Positions 40,446-50,368 of a stretch of 64,000 bases of DNA are shown piece after piece. Every line of letters starts with the position of its first letter. Positions within the stretch are counted from its first letter, which is position 1. This DNA comes from Spirulina sp. (GTDB lineage Bacteria > Cyanobacteriota > Cyanobacteriia > Phormidesmidales > Phormidesmidaceae). The stretch spans positions 1-64,000 of the forward strand of contig JBIPSI010000017.1 in NCBI GenBank assembly GCA_044070495.1, read 5' to 3'. Below the pieces are notes generated by a model. That model saw nothing but the letters and a program-made list of their open reading frames with translations. It made no database searches and was not told the origin of the DNA. A program made the position numbers and the translations under genes.

Positions 40446-43247
40446 TTATTCCCCATGGCGGCTGTCGGAATGGGCCAAGGGCAGCAGCAGCCGACTGTGG
40501 ATGCGGCCATCCTCTAGCTGGGAGAAGGAGACCTCGCCGCCCAACTGGTCGAGGAGGCTTTTGCAGATAGCGAGATGGAGACCGGGGGGTTCGTCGAGGC
40601 TGGAGGGGGCCAAGACATCGGCGTTGCTGCCCGCTTTGAGTTCCCCTAGCAGGGTGGGGTTGCAGTGGCCATTGTCGGTGATGGAGAGTTCTAGCCAGTC
40701 GAAGTTAATCAGGCGACACCAGAGGTCGATGCGACCGCCCACGGGGGATCGCTGGCAGGCCGCTATCAGGATTTCGTAGAGCACCATATCGAGTTTGGCG
40801 GTATCTCCGGCGATCAGAGTGCCTCGGTCGCTGTCGTTGTGCACCTTCGACCACAACTGTCGGCTTTCTAGGGCGGGGGTGATGCGCTCGATGGCTCGGT
40901 TGATCAGGCTGATTAGGGGGGTGGTCTGGGCGTGGTAGCGCAGTTGCCACCGTTCCCGTTGCAGAACCTCCGTCGATCCCTGCACCATGCGCTGAAGCTG
41001 GCGCAGGCTGGCAGGTAAGGCCGCCGGGGCCGAGGAATTGGGCTGATCCGCCGCTGGAGAGAGATCCTGGACAACCTTGGCCAGTTGGCGATAGGTTTCT
41101 TCTAAGCAGTGGTGCTTGTACCAGTTGAGGTGCTCTAAATCCTGCCGTTGCTGGGTAAGACTGGCCAGAACGTAGAGATAGCGCCGCGACCAGGCCAACT
41201 GGTTGATGAGCAGGTTGACGATGGTGATCTGATGTTTTCCCCAGGGGGTGGGGGTGACGGAGGTCACGATGAGTGCCGCTGTTACCGCATGGTTTGGGGC
41301 CGTGCGAAGGGCCTTGGTGACAATGCGGCTACCCTGGGGGGGCAACAGCCAAGCCTGGGTGTCGGCAGGCAGGTCGGTGGCGGATAGGGTAAGCAGATCC
41401 TCCGTTTGGATGGCCCATTGCAGCAGGGCATCGTTGAGGGGAATGGGCTCTTTAGGGGGTGCCCAAGGGCGACTATTGTGATCGACAATCTGGCTGACCT
41501 GGGCCTCGGCTTCCCCCGGTTGCCAGGTGACCAGGAGGGCCATCGACCCCTGAAGCCACTGCAACACATACTCCAGGGTGGTGCGTTCTAGGTGATCGAT
41601 TTCAGCGCTTTGGTGTAGGGTTTTAAGCCCCCATTCCAGGGCTTCGTAGGTCTCCTGCTGTTGATCCATTTGCCGCTGGAGCTGCCACTGGTGCAAGATC
41701 ACGCCAATCTGACGCCCCACCGCCATCATTAGGGTTTGCTCCGCTGTGGTCCACTGGCGCGGCGTGCGATCACTGACCACCACGACGCCCTCTGGTTTGT
41801 GCCCAGGGGCCACGTTGCTGGCCATCACCGCCTTGGCACCCAACTCCAGGAGGTGAGGTCGCCAGGCCATCAGCTTCAGATCCTGGGAGAGGTTGTCAAT
41901 GGCCACGGGCAGAGCACTGCGTTCCAGCAGGTGCCAATCCACCTCATCCAGCCCCGGCCATAGGGGCGCAGTTCCGGGAATGCGGTGGGCCTGTCCGTGG
42001 AAGCATAGCTCGTAGACCTGTCGCTCGGCATTGAACACCAGCACAAAAAACTGCTGAATACCCAGGTGCTCACTGAGGTTGGTGAAGCAGGTTTGCAGGG
42101 CGTGTCGCCAGTCTCGCTCGTTGTGGATACCCTGCATCACTCCGGTGGCGAGGGATTGCTCAATCTGGCTGTGGCGCTGGGTTTCTTGGTGGCTGGCCAC
42201 GGGCAACGCCAAGCTGAGCAAGCGGGCCATTCCCATCAAAAACTGCTTTTCCGATTCCTGCCATAGCCGAGGTGCACCGCTCTCCACCGACAGAAAGCCC
42301 ACCAGTTCCTCCCCCACGGCAATGGGGGCAATCATAATCGCCTGGGCCTGAAGTTGCTGCATCAGCCGGTCGGGCACGACCCCATTGAGCGCCCCCCGAC
42401 TTTCCCCCAATACCACCAGTTGTTGATGACACAGAGCTTGGTAAAGACCTCTCACCTCCGCCACCGGCAGGCTAAAGGCCCGATCTTCGGCGGAGGCAGC
42501 ATGGGTAGAGGGCTGACGCTGCCAGAAGTAGCTACCCTTGGCCTCCAGCCAAAAGACACGGGAACGGCTGGGGGCCATAAACCGCTGGGTTTCCCGCACC
42601 ACCTCCTTAATTTGGCTGTCTAGATCCCCTAGACTCCCCAAACGCCCCAACAGACTGAGCAGGGGCTGCTCTAGGCGCTTGGCCTGCTGACGCTGCTGAT
42701 CGGCCTGAAAATGGTGCAGCACCTCAGCCAGGGTGCCCGCCACAATCGACAGGTAGGACAAATCCCCCAGAGATAGCGTGACGCCCCAGCGGGGGGAGGC
42801 CATCACCAGCAGCCCAAAGCAGGTTTCCTGACGCTTGATGGGGTAGATCACCGCACTTTGCAGGGCAAACTGCTTGGCCACTAGGCCCCATTCTCCGGCC
42901 CGAATTTCGTTTTGCAGATCCGCCACCATCAGCGGACGCTGATGAATCACCGTTTGCTCCATCAGATCGCCAGGGGTGAGGTTAATGGCGGCCCGCATCG
43001 GTCGCAGGATGTCAGGGCCACGATATTCCTGGGTGACGAGGCGATGGCGTACCGAATCGTAGAGGCCAATCCAGGCCACCTCAAAGGCAAAGGTAGCGTG
43101 CAGATGATCGAGGGCAATGACCAGGGCATCGGCGGCGGACTGGGCAGCCCGAATTGCTTTCAAAGCACGGGACAGGGATACCAAGGGTTGGTCGTGGCGA
43201 GACTCAGGGGGCTGCAACTGCGCCATGGGCGGGGGGAACTCCTGCAA
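40446..43247 (-). CDS. Multi-GAF sensor with degenerate histidine-kinase-like C-terminus
   Basis: Several GAF-like repeats (AVIYPI..CFGLL, IMIAPI..LVGFL, R.W..E); HATPase-like ITDNG and GLHL; no canonical H-box or N-box Asn. Confidence 0.8.
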   Translation of the reverse strand: MQEFPPPMAQLQPPESRHDQPLVSLSRALKAIRAAQSAADALVIALDHLHATFAFEVAWIGLYDSVRHRLVTQEYRGPDILRPMRAAINLTPGDLMEQTVIHQRPLMVADLQNEIRAGEWGLVAKQFALQSAVIYPIKRQETCFGLLVMASPRWGVTLSLGDLSYLSIVAGTLAEVLHHFQADQQRQQAKRLEQPLLSLLGRLGSLGDLDSQIKEVVRETQRFMAPSRSRVFWLEAKGSYFWQRQPSTHAASAEDRAFSLPVAEVRGLYQALCHQQLVVLGESRGALNGVVPDRLMQQLQAQAIMIAPIAVGEELVGFLSVESGAPRLWQESEKQFLMGMARLLSLALPVASHQETQRHSQIEQSLATGVMQGIHNERDWRHALQTCFTNLSEHLGIQQFFVLVFNAERQVYELCFHGQAHRIPGTAPLWPGLDEVDWHLLERSALPVAIDNLSQDLKLMAWRPHLLELGAKAVMASNVAPGHKPEGVVVVSDRTPRQWTTAEQTLMMAVGRQIGVILHQWQLQRQMDQQQETYEALEWGLKTLHQSAEIDHLERTTLEYVLQWLQGSMALLVTWQPGEAEAQVSQIVDHNSRPWAPPKEPIPLNDALLQWAIQTEDLLTLSATDLPADTQAWLLPPQGSRIVTKALRTAPNHAVTAALIVTSVTPTPWGKHQITIVNLLINQLAWSRRYLYVLASLTQQRQDLEHLNWYKHHCLEETYRQLAKVVQDLSPAADQPNSSAPAALPASLRQLQRMVQGSTEVLQRERWQLRYHAQTTPLISLINRAIERITPALESRQLWSKVHNDSDRGTLIAGDTAKLDMVLYEILIAACQRSPVGGRIDLWCRLINFDWLELSITDNGHCNPTLLGELKAGSNADVLAPSSLDEPPGLHLAICKSLLDQLGGEVSFSQLEDGRIHSRLLLPLAHSDSRHGE

Positions 43248-43827
43248 TGAAGACTAACCGCTGGGGCAACGGTATAAGGACGCCATGGTTCTCTCCTGGC
43301 TGGGGCAGAATGGTCTAGCCCCATGGGGATCTCCCTTCCGGCAATAAACTGGCCTAGGCCAGCATCGCCTAGGTTGCCCCAGATAGACTTAAAGCAACCC
43401 CGACGGGAGGATATCGGGAAATCACCACCCCTAATTTAGGGCTGGGCTGAAGCTAGGCTCGATAGACTGGATAGGCCTGGCCCAGGCTTTCCCTAAGGAC
43501 GCACCACGGAAGGAGAAAAGTTTCTTGGCTCTAGCCTTCTATTTTACGCCGATGCCCCTAAGCCGCTAGCGAAAAAGCTAGCCAACCCACTTCTAAGGCA
43601 AATCGCTTAGGAAAATTGTTTGAGAAGACCGTTTAAGGCCCATCGTCCTGAATTGAGTCGGGGCAGACCGTTGGGAATTAAATCCGGCCCCAATCCTTAG
43701 CCCGCGCATTAAGTTTTCCGTCAAAGCGAAATCCAGGGTTTATATTCGGGGAAAACTCATCTAGGCGCTGGCGAGTTTGCCCCAGGCCAACGCCCCTGTC
43801 GAATTTTGATGCACCCATCCTCCTACC

Positions 43828-45396
43828 ATGACCGATAGCTTTACCCACGTCACCTGCCCCAAGTGCGGCTACGAACAAAATCCTAGCACCGCTAAAAAGT
43901 GCGAAATCTGTGGCCAATCCCTGAAAAAGGGCAACTCCCTTGCGCCGATTTTGGTCGGGGCGGGGGCGCTGGCCTTTCTGGGTGGTTTGGCGGGGCTAGG
44001 GGTGATGGGCTACAACGCGTTTCTAAAGCCCCAGGCCCAAACGCCACCGGGCCAAGTGGTGGTTCCCCCCGGTGGCGGCACCGCGCCCACGAATCCGACC
44101 GCGCCGCCCACCCCGCCGCCCACCCCGCCCACAAATCCGGGGAACGTGGCCAGCGCCCTCAGTTGGGGCGATAGGGTGATTTTTGCCGACAACACCAATG
44201 CCGACCTCCAGGCCGGGGTTGCCGCCTTTGCCAGCGGCGACTTGGCCACGGCGGTGACCCGCTTCCAGGCCGCCCGTCAAGCCCTGCGCAACGACCCTGA
44301 ACCGTTGATCTACCTCAACAATGCCAAGCTGGGCAACACCCCCGCCCTAGGCATTGCCGCCGTGGTGCCCGCCAACGACACCCCCAACGCCGCCCGCGAA
44401 CTGCTGCGCGGCATCGCCCAGGCCCAGGATGAAGCGATCCAGGCCGGAGTGCCCATTAAGGTGATGATTGCCGACGACCGCAACGACCCCAACCAGGCCG
44501 CCGCCATCGCCAATGCCCTGATGCAGAACCCGGATATCGTCGCGGTGGTGGGCCACGGCACCAGCACCAGCACCCTGGCCGCTGCCCCCATCTACCAACA
44601 GGGCCAACTGCCGATGATTGCCCCCACCAGCACCACCACCGACCTCACAACCCTCACCCGCCAGGGCAGCAACATGATCTTCCGGGTCATCCCCAGCGAC
44701 CAGTTTACGGGCACCACCCTGGCCCGCTACCTGCTCTCTGCGGGCAAAAGCCGCCCCATCGTCTTCTACAACTCCCAAAGCTCCTACAGCCAGTCGTTGC
44801 AGACCGCCTTCTCCACCACTCTGGGCCTAGAGGGCGGACAGGTGGCGAACCTGGTGGATCTGTCCCAGGGCAATCCTTCCGCCTCCCTCCAGGGCAGCGG
44901 GGCCGATGCACTGGTGCTGATGCCCGATTCCAACACCTTTGATGCCGCCCTAGCCGTGGCCCAGGCCAACCAAGGGCAACTGCCCATCTTTGCCGGAGAT
45001 GCCTTCTACCGCATCGAAGCCCTCGAAAAGGGCGGCAACAGCCTGAACGGGGCCATCCTCACCGTGCCCTGGCACCCCTTGCGATCGACGCCCCCCTTCG
45101 CCCAAAATGCCTCTAGTTTGTGGGGCGGCGATGTCAACTGGCGCACCGCCCTCAGTTATGACGCCTTCCAGACCCTCAAGGCGGCCCAATCTGTGGGCAA
45201 TGTGGCACCGGGCAGCGGCGCAACCGGACGCACCGCCCTGGGGACGGCCCTCGGGGGCCAGGGCTTCTCGGCCACGGGGTCTACGGGGGCCGTCAGCTTC
45301 TTGCCCTCTGGGGATCGCAACGCCACGGTGCTGCTGGTGAAGGTGCAACCCGGCACCCGATCCGGCACCGGGTTCGACTTTGTGCCTTTGCCCTAG
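43828..45396 (+). CDS. Zinc-ribbon + TM + type-I periplasmic-binding (LivJ-like) protein
   Basis: CPKC..CEIC, TM helix, Pro/Thr linker, NDPEPLIYLNNA, GIAQAQ, DDRND, VVGH, PTST, VNWRTALSYDA. Confidence 0.82.
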   Translation: MTDSFTHVTCPKCGYEQNPSTAKKCEICGQSLKKGNSLAPILVGAGALAFLGGLAGLGVMGYNAFLKPQAQTPPGQVVVPPGGGTAPTNPTAPPTPPPTPPTNPGNVASALSWGDRVIFADNTNADLQAGVAAFASGDLATAVTRFQAARQALRNDPEPLIYLNNAKLGNTPALGIAAVVPANDTPNAARELLRGIAQAQDEAIQAGVPIKVMIADDRNDPNQAAAIANALMQNPDIVAVVGHGTSTSTLAAAPIYQQGQLPMIAPTSTTTDLTTLTRQGSNMIFRVIPSDQFTGTTLARYLLSAGKSRPIVFYNSQSSYSQSLQTAFSTTLGLEGGQVANLVDLSQGNPSASLQGSGADALVLMPDSNTFDAALAVAQANQGQLPIFAGDAFYRIEALEKGGNSLNGAILTVPWHPLRSTPPFAQNASSLWGGDVNWRTALSYDAFQTLKAAQSVGNVAPGSGATGRTALGTALGGQGFSATGSTGAVSFLPSGDRNATVLLVKVQPGTRSGTGFDFVPLP

Positions 45397-46298
45397 GCAG
45401 CTTTGTTTCGCCAAGCGGTAGCGGTGTAGAGGGCAAGGGCCGTCCAGATGCAGCCGAAGGTGATCAGGTGGGTGGGGGTGAAGGGTTCGCCATAGACCAG
45501 CACCCCCAGCAGTAGGGCAATGGAGGGGGCCAGGTATTGGAAAAAGCCCAGGGTGGCCAGGGGCAGGCGTTTGGCGGCGGTATTAAACCACAGCAGCGGC
45601 ATGGAGGTGACCACGCCAGCCCCCATAAACAGCAGGGTGAGGGGGAGGGTCTGGCCAAAATGGCCCTGTCCCGTCAAGCCCAAGTAGCTGACAAAGGTGA
45701 GGGTGAAGGGGGTGATCAACAGGGTTTCCACCGCCAGACCCACCAGGGGAGCTACGGGGGTGGTTTTGCGCAGCAGCCCATAGAAGGCAAAGCTAATGGC
45801 CAGCCCTAGGGCAATCCAGGGCACGGTGCCAAACTGCACCACAAAGTAGCCCACTCCCATCGTCGCTAGGGCCACCGCCAGCCATTGCAGCGGGTGCAGC
45901 CGTTCCTTCAGAAACACAAACCCCAGCAACACCGTTACCAGGGGGTTGATGTAGTAGCCCAGGCTAGACTCCACCACCCGGTCGCTGTTGACGCCGTAGA
46001 TATACAGCCCCCAGTTGAAGCTCAGCAAACTGGCGGTGAGCAACAGCACCCCCACCCGACGCGGCTGCCGCAGCAGGGCTACGAGGTCAGCGATCCGTCC
46101 CTGCACCAGCAAAATCAGCATCAAAAAGATTGCCGACCAAATCATGCGATGGCTCAACACCTCCACCGCTGGGCTAATGCCCAAGAATTTCCAGTAGATG
46201 GGCAGTAGCCCCCAGGCTCCGTAGGCTAGCAGGGCGTAGAGGGTGCCGCTCCTGGGATCGGGATGGCTGGTGGACGAAACGGAGGAAGATTGGGCCAA
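45393..46298 (-). CDS. rarD: EamA/DMT-family transporter RarD
   Basis: WGLLPIYWK, EVLSHRMIWS, SLGYYINPL, YGLLRK, GFFQYLAP. Confidence 0.93.
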   Translation of the reverse strand: MAQSSSVSSTSHPDPRSGTLYALLAYGAWGLLPIYWKFLGISPAVEVLSHRMIWSAIFLMLILLVQGRIADLVALLRQPRRVGVLLLTASLLSFNWGLYIYGVNSDRVVESSLGYYINPLVTVLLGFVFLKERLHPLQWLAVALATMGVGYFVVQFGTVPWIALGLAISFAFYGLLRKTTPVAPLVGLAVETLLITPFTLTFVSYLGLTGQGHFGQTLPLTLLFMGAGVVTSMPLLWFNTAAKRLPLATLGFFQYLAPSIALLLGVLVYGEPFTPTHLITFGCIWTALALYTATAWRNKAA

Positions 46299-46394
46299 GG
46301 GTTTACGCGGTCAAGGGTTCGATAGCCGAAGGTCTATTCTATGCCGATTGCCCCACCCATGCATGGGCCACCCCCGTTCCCTGGCCGCCCCCAT

Positions 46395-48056
46395 TCACGC
46401 TCCGTTGCCTTGGAGGGTAAGGCCCACGTGCCAGTTTTCGCCCTGGCGTTCTAGCCGGATGGCGGAACATTTGGCCAAAAACCTCGGTAAGCCCTTGGGT
46501 TCGCCGAGGCGCTGGAGAACGTGACTCATGGGTTGGTGATAGACCTGGGCAAAGGTGCTACCCAAGAGGGAGAGCGACACCGTGCCCCTGGGTTCGTTAA
46601 TCAGGCTAGGAAGGATGGCAACTACCGCTTTTTCTAGGGTTTGCACGTCGGTAATGGGGCTAACCAAGGGGGTTGGGCCAGCCGGAACTAGGGCGGTGGT
46701 CGCGTCTAGGGGGGGCAGGTTAAGGGCCACTTGAATAGACGTGCCATCCTCGGTTAGGGGGGTGAGAACAAAGGTGCTGTCGGCCTCCAGCAGTTGTTTG
46801 AGGGTGGTGTCGGCGGCGTAGGTTTGCAGCACTTGGTTAGCCGAAACATGGTTGCGCTCGTGGAATAGCGTGCCGAGGCGGCCAAGGGTGACGGGCTGAT
46901 CGGGGTGGGCCTGGTGTTCTTGCAAAATCAAAATCCTCAGCCAGCGCTTCATTTGTTCCAAGGAGGCGGGGATATGGGGGGTGGGATCTGGGTCGGCGGT
47001 GGGCTGGGCCGTTTTAGCTTTGCTGCCTCCACGGGTTTGGGCGGTGGCGTCTGGCGGCAAGGCTACGGTGTGGGTGGTTTGCTGGGCCAAGTTGAGCACC
47101 TTAAAGCCCTGCTGGTCGTGGCTGACTCGGTAGGGAATCAGCCCCTGGCGCAGCAGCACATAGCCCAGGTGCAGCAGGTCAGAATCTGCCGAACAAATGA
47201 AGACTTCGCGGATAGACGGGTGGTGCAGGGAAATCAACGAGGCATCCAAGGACATTTTGATGTCGGCGCTGTTTTTGCCGGAGGGGACGTGGATCATCTG
47301 GTAGCCCCGCCGATAAAACTCCTGATCGCGGTTGCCCAGGGTGCGCCAGTTGCCAAAGGCCAACCGATAACGCAGGGGGTATTGAGCCAGGGATTGCAGG
47401 TGGGCTTCTAGGGTCGCTGACGGGTGCATATTTTCCGCATCCACCAACAGCAACCCCGACCAAGGGGCCTGGGGATCCACCGGCGTGGTGGACGGCGGCG
47501 AGGGGATAACGGGCGGATCCTCCAGGGGGTGAGGGATTTGGGGGGCACCCTGATCTAGGGTGGGCGTTTCCTCGGTCTCGGTGGACTGGTCACCCTGAGG
47601 TGGCGAATCGGGGGGCAGATCAACATCGCCCGATGGAGTGGGCTGGTTCGGTGACGAATTCGATGACGGGTTCGGCGACGGGTTCGGCGACGGGTTCGAT
47701 GACGGAGGGGGCACTGGCGCGACAATCTGCTGCACCCGTTGACGCACTTGCCCATGGGCTTTAGTGGCTTGGAAGGCCGGGGCAAAGATCTGGCTCAGCA
47801 GATGATCCACCGCCTGAAGCAGGCGGGTGGCATCACGATGGTTGGCCAATTGGGCCGCGATCTGAGTGGGTTGGGCCTCGGTGGGGCTCGACTGTAGCCA
47901 GGCCAACCCAGCCTCCGTCAACAGATTGGGATGCTGCTGGTGGGCGGCGGTGGCAGTGACGTGAATCAGACGGGCAATGGTTTCACATTGATCCAACCTA
48001 GGCACATCGGGCACAGAAGTCATGGGCAGGGCGGGGATAGGGCGACGGCAAACCAC
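46395..48056 (-). CDS. NYN (PIN-like) domain protein with two OST-HTH/LOTUS-like domains
   Basis: VDAEN, GKNSADIKM, CSADSD acidic motifs; two LGTLF/LGSTF..L..(F)L modules; Pro-rich linker with 12-bp repeats (~47645-47705). Confidence 0.82.
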   Translation of the reverse strand: MVCRRPIPALPMTSVPDVPRLDQCETIARLIHVTATAAHQQHPNLLTEAGLAWLQSSPTEAQPTQIAAQLANHRDATRLLQAVDHLLSQIFAPAFQATKAHGQVRQRVQQIVAPVPPPSSNPSPNPSPNPSSNSSPNQPTPSGDVDLPPDSPPQGDQSTETEETPTLDQGAPQIPHPLEDPPVIPSPPSTTPVDPQAPWSGLLLVDAENMHPSATLEAHLQSLAQYPLRYRLAFGNWRTLGNRDQEFYRRGYQMIHVPSGKNSADIKMSLDASLISLHHPSIREVFICSADSDLLHLGYVLLRQGLIPYRVSHDQQGFKVLNLAQQTTHTVALPPDATAQTRGGSKAKTAQPTADPDPTPHIPASLEQMKRWLRILILQEHQAHPDQPVTLGRLGTLFHERNHVSANQVLQTYAADTTLKQLLEADSTFVLTPLTEDGTSIQVALNLPPLDATTALVPAGPTPLVSPITDVQTLEKAVVAILPSLINEPRGTVSLSLLGSTFAQVYHQPMSHVLQRLGEPKGLPRFLAKCSAIRLERQGENWHVGLTLQGNGA

Positions 48057-48225
48057 ACCGAGTTCGGCCTGTCTAGCTGGGGGGCCGGTGTAGGTCTTGT
48101 CCCTAGGCTACCCGTTTTCCTCAAAAGCGCAGCATTCTCTGGGGGCTGCCGCCGTTATGGATCTGGGTTCTGGCAAGTGTTGTTAGGCAAACCGCCGTGG
48201 AAGGGGCGGTCTATTCACAGCGATC

Positions 48226-48375
48226 TATAGCGGTTTTCGTTTCAGTGAGGTACAAATTTTGGATCTTCAGATCCCCCCAGGTGCTATTTGTCATCGAGTC
48301 GCCTGAGTACCCCCCTTGATAAGGGGGGCTGGGGGGATCTTCACAGTGCCCCTCATTCAAGGGAAATCCACTATG
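48226..48375. mobile_element. Degenerate MITE with IS630-like ends and internal REP hairpin
   Basis: TA|TAGCGGTTTTC..TGAGG ... CCTCA..GAAATCCACTA; internal CCCCCTTGATAAGGGGG. Confidence 0.55.
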
Positions 48376-48386
48376 TTTGTAGCGAT

Positions 48387-48818
48387 CTACTTGTAAATGC
48401 CGGGATTAATGCGATCTTCCCCTTCTGTGAGGGCGGGTTCCGCAGGCGTTACCACAAAGTTTTTGAGATTAGCCCGCAGCAAGGTCTGTTCAGATTCGCT
48501 CAGGCCAGGAATGTTAAGCACATCCTCTACGGTCTCGAAGGGGGCATGGTGAATAATTTTGCGGGCTAGGGTAGGATATAACCCTGGATACCGCCGAAAA
48601 GCCAAAACATTAGAGTTATTTAGGTCTATCTTATTACCCACATCTCCAAGTTTTTGGTCTATGGGGTTGCGTTTTTGTTCGGCTACAAAACCATAGTCGA
48701 TATCCATCGACTTATTAAAAAGATTGCCAGCCCACACAGGGGATAGTAATCCTGGGCTTAGCCAAATCCCTAGGCACAGACCTAGGCCGATTAGCAGCTT
48801 CAAAATTTGTTTTATCAT
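48387..48818 (-). CDS. psbU: Photosystem II 12-kDa extrinsic protein PsbU
   Basis: Signal peptide; [40 protein letters not shown]. Confidence 0.93.
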   Translation of the reverse strand: MIKQILKLLIGLGLCLGIWLSPGLLSPVWAGNLFNKSMDIDYGFVAEQKRNPIDQKLGDVGNKIDLNNSNVLAFRRYPGLYPTLARKIIHHAPFETVEDVLNIPGLSESEQTLLRANLKNFVVTPAEPALTEGEDRINPGIYK

Positions 48819-48947
48819 GGCTTAAGTTCTCTATTAACAAATACAAAGCGACTCTGGCTTAACCCTCTCCAATTCTCAGAGAAAGAAGGACAATCAAGGC
48901 CACTAATACCTATCTTGACCAGGAAGAATCATGAGGAGTTAGCATGA

Positions 48948-49331
48948 TTAATGGGCGGGTTGATTGAGACGGGGAGGCATCCGTTTTTCTGGAGGCACCA
49001 CCGGATCGGTAACGGTGAAGGACTGAAGATTTGCCTTGAGCAAAGCTTTTTGAAGATCCGTTAGGCCAGGAATGTTAAGCACATCCTCGACCGTTGAGTA
49101 GGGGCCATGGCTGAGAATAGCGGAGGCTAAATTGGGGTAAAACCCAGGGCAATCGGTGAAGGCGAGCAGGTTGGCATTGTTTAAATCAAGGCTTTCCGGC
49201 GGAACGGTACAAAGCCCAACCCCATCGACAACGTTAACGGCTGGGGTTGCAAGCATCGCCTCTGGGTGGCCAAGCAGGGTCAGTAAAGCGATACAGCCGC
49301 CTAGAACCAATCGCACCAAAATATGTTTCAT
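48948..49331 (-). CDS. Divergent PsbU paralog (helix-hairpin-helix)
   Basis: [33 protein letters not shown]; lacks the canonical C-terminus; two Cys in the mature region. Confidence 0.8.
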   Translation of the reverse strand: MKHILVRLVLGGCIALLTLLGHPEAMLATPAVNVVDGVGLCTVPPESLDLNNANLLAFTDCPGFYPNLASAILSHGPYSTVEDVLNIPGLTDLQKALLKANLQSFTVTDPVVPPEKRMPPRLNQPAH

Positions 49332-49461
49332 TTTTCAATACCTTTTACGGAAGATCTGCGGGGTCAAGGTACGGATTGCGTCGATTGAAGCGCGGCGAAT
49401 ACCCCACCCTGGGCTGATGTTCAACCGTGATGGGGCGAGGGATTTCCTGGGAGCGGATCGT

Positions 49462-50136
49462 TTAGGGATGAAGAAAGCGCTGAAACCATTCGCTTGCCCT
49501 GACCTCAGCCTGTTCTAGGGTGTCTGATTCTACAAACCGGTGGGATGCGCCGGGGATAACATCAAGATATTTTTCGGAAGCTTGATCCATCAAAACCATG
49601 GCCTCTTCGTTGACGGTAATCATAGGGAGATCTAGACCCCCCACAATGAGCAGCGTGGGGGCATGAACCTGGGTGAGGGTAGACCAAATTAAATCTAGCC
49701 AACCACCGCGAGAAACCACAGCCTTGACGATAGAAGATCGCTTCGCCGCCGCCACCAAAATTGCCGCCCCCGCCGTGCCATCCCCAAAATAACCAATCGC
49801 CAAACCTTGGGTGGCTGGGGTATGGCGCAGCCAGTCCGTTGCGCCAATCACTCGATCAGCCAACAACCCCGCCGCATCAAACCTCAGTTGTCGAGTGCGT
49901 TGATCAAAAGCAGCTTCGTCAGGGGTTAGCAGGGCGATCTTTAAGGTAGCTAACCTCGCCTGATGGAGCAATTTGGCTAAATATTGCCTGGAGGGAGAGC
50001 CATTGTTTATCCCCTGAACCAGCAGCACGACCCCTTGCGCCCCCGTAGGTACGATTAAATCTCCCTCCAACTGAACAGTACCCGCAGAAACGGAAACAGT
50101 GCAGCGGGATATTTGTGATTTTAACCCGAAATTCAT
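49462..50136 (-). CDS. Dienelactone-hydrolase-like alpha/beta-fold protein
   Basis: LEGDL.VP..A.GVVL, GYFG, VVSRGG, PTLLIVGG.D, IPGASH.F. Confidence 0.82.
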   Translation of the reverse strand: MNFGLKSQISRCTVSVSAGTVQLEGDLIVPTGAQGVVLLVQGINNGSPSRQYLAKLLHQARLATLKIALLTPDEAAFDQRTRQLRFDAAGLLADRVIGATDWLRHTPATQGLAIGYFGDGTAGAAILVAAAKRSSIVKAVVSRGGWLDLIWSTLTQVHAPTLLIVGGLDLPMITVNEEAMVLMDQASEKYLDVIPGASHRFVESDTLEQAEVRASEWFQRFLHP

Positions 50137-50368
50137 AGATTTATGGATGACTTGAACACTTGAATATTTCCTTGGTCTTTAAGCAGAAGATAAGTTGTGA
50201 CAACCGATTTAACTCTGGCGAATTTTGGCATAGTCTTTCATGCGGGTAGCGTTATATTAGGCTGCCAATACCTTGGTTGACTGACATGAAATTCTGCACT
50301 GGGCACGGCAACCGTGCCCCTACAGCATGGGGAAGAAAATGGTATTGCTGGAACCCAATCTTTATCCC

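Noticed and set aside
43250..43827. Structured ncRNA or riboswitch in the ~580-bp divergent intergenic region
   Set aside because: Only short palindromes were seen and no recognisable family motif; an Rfam/Infernal search would be needed.
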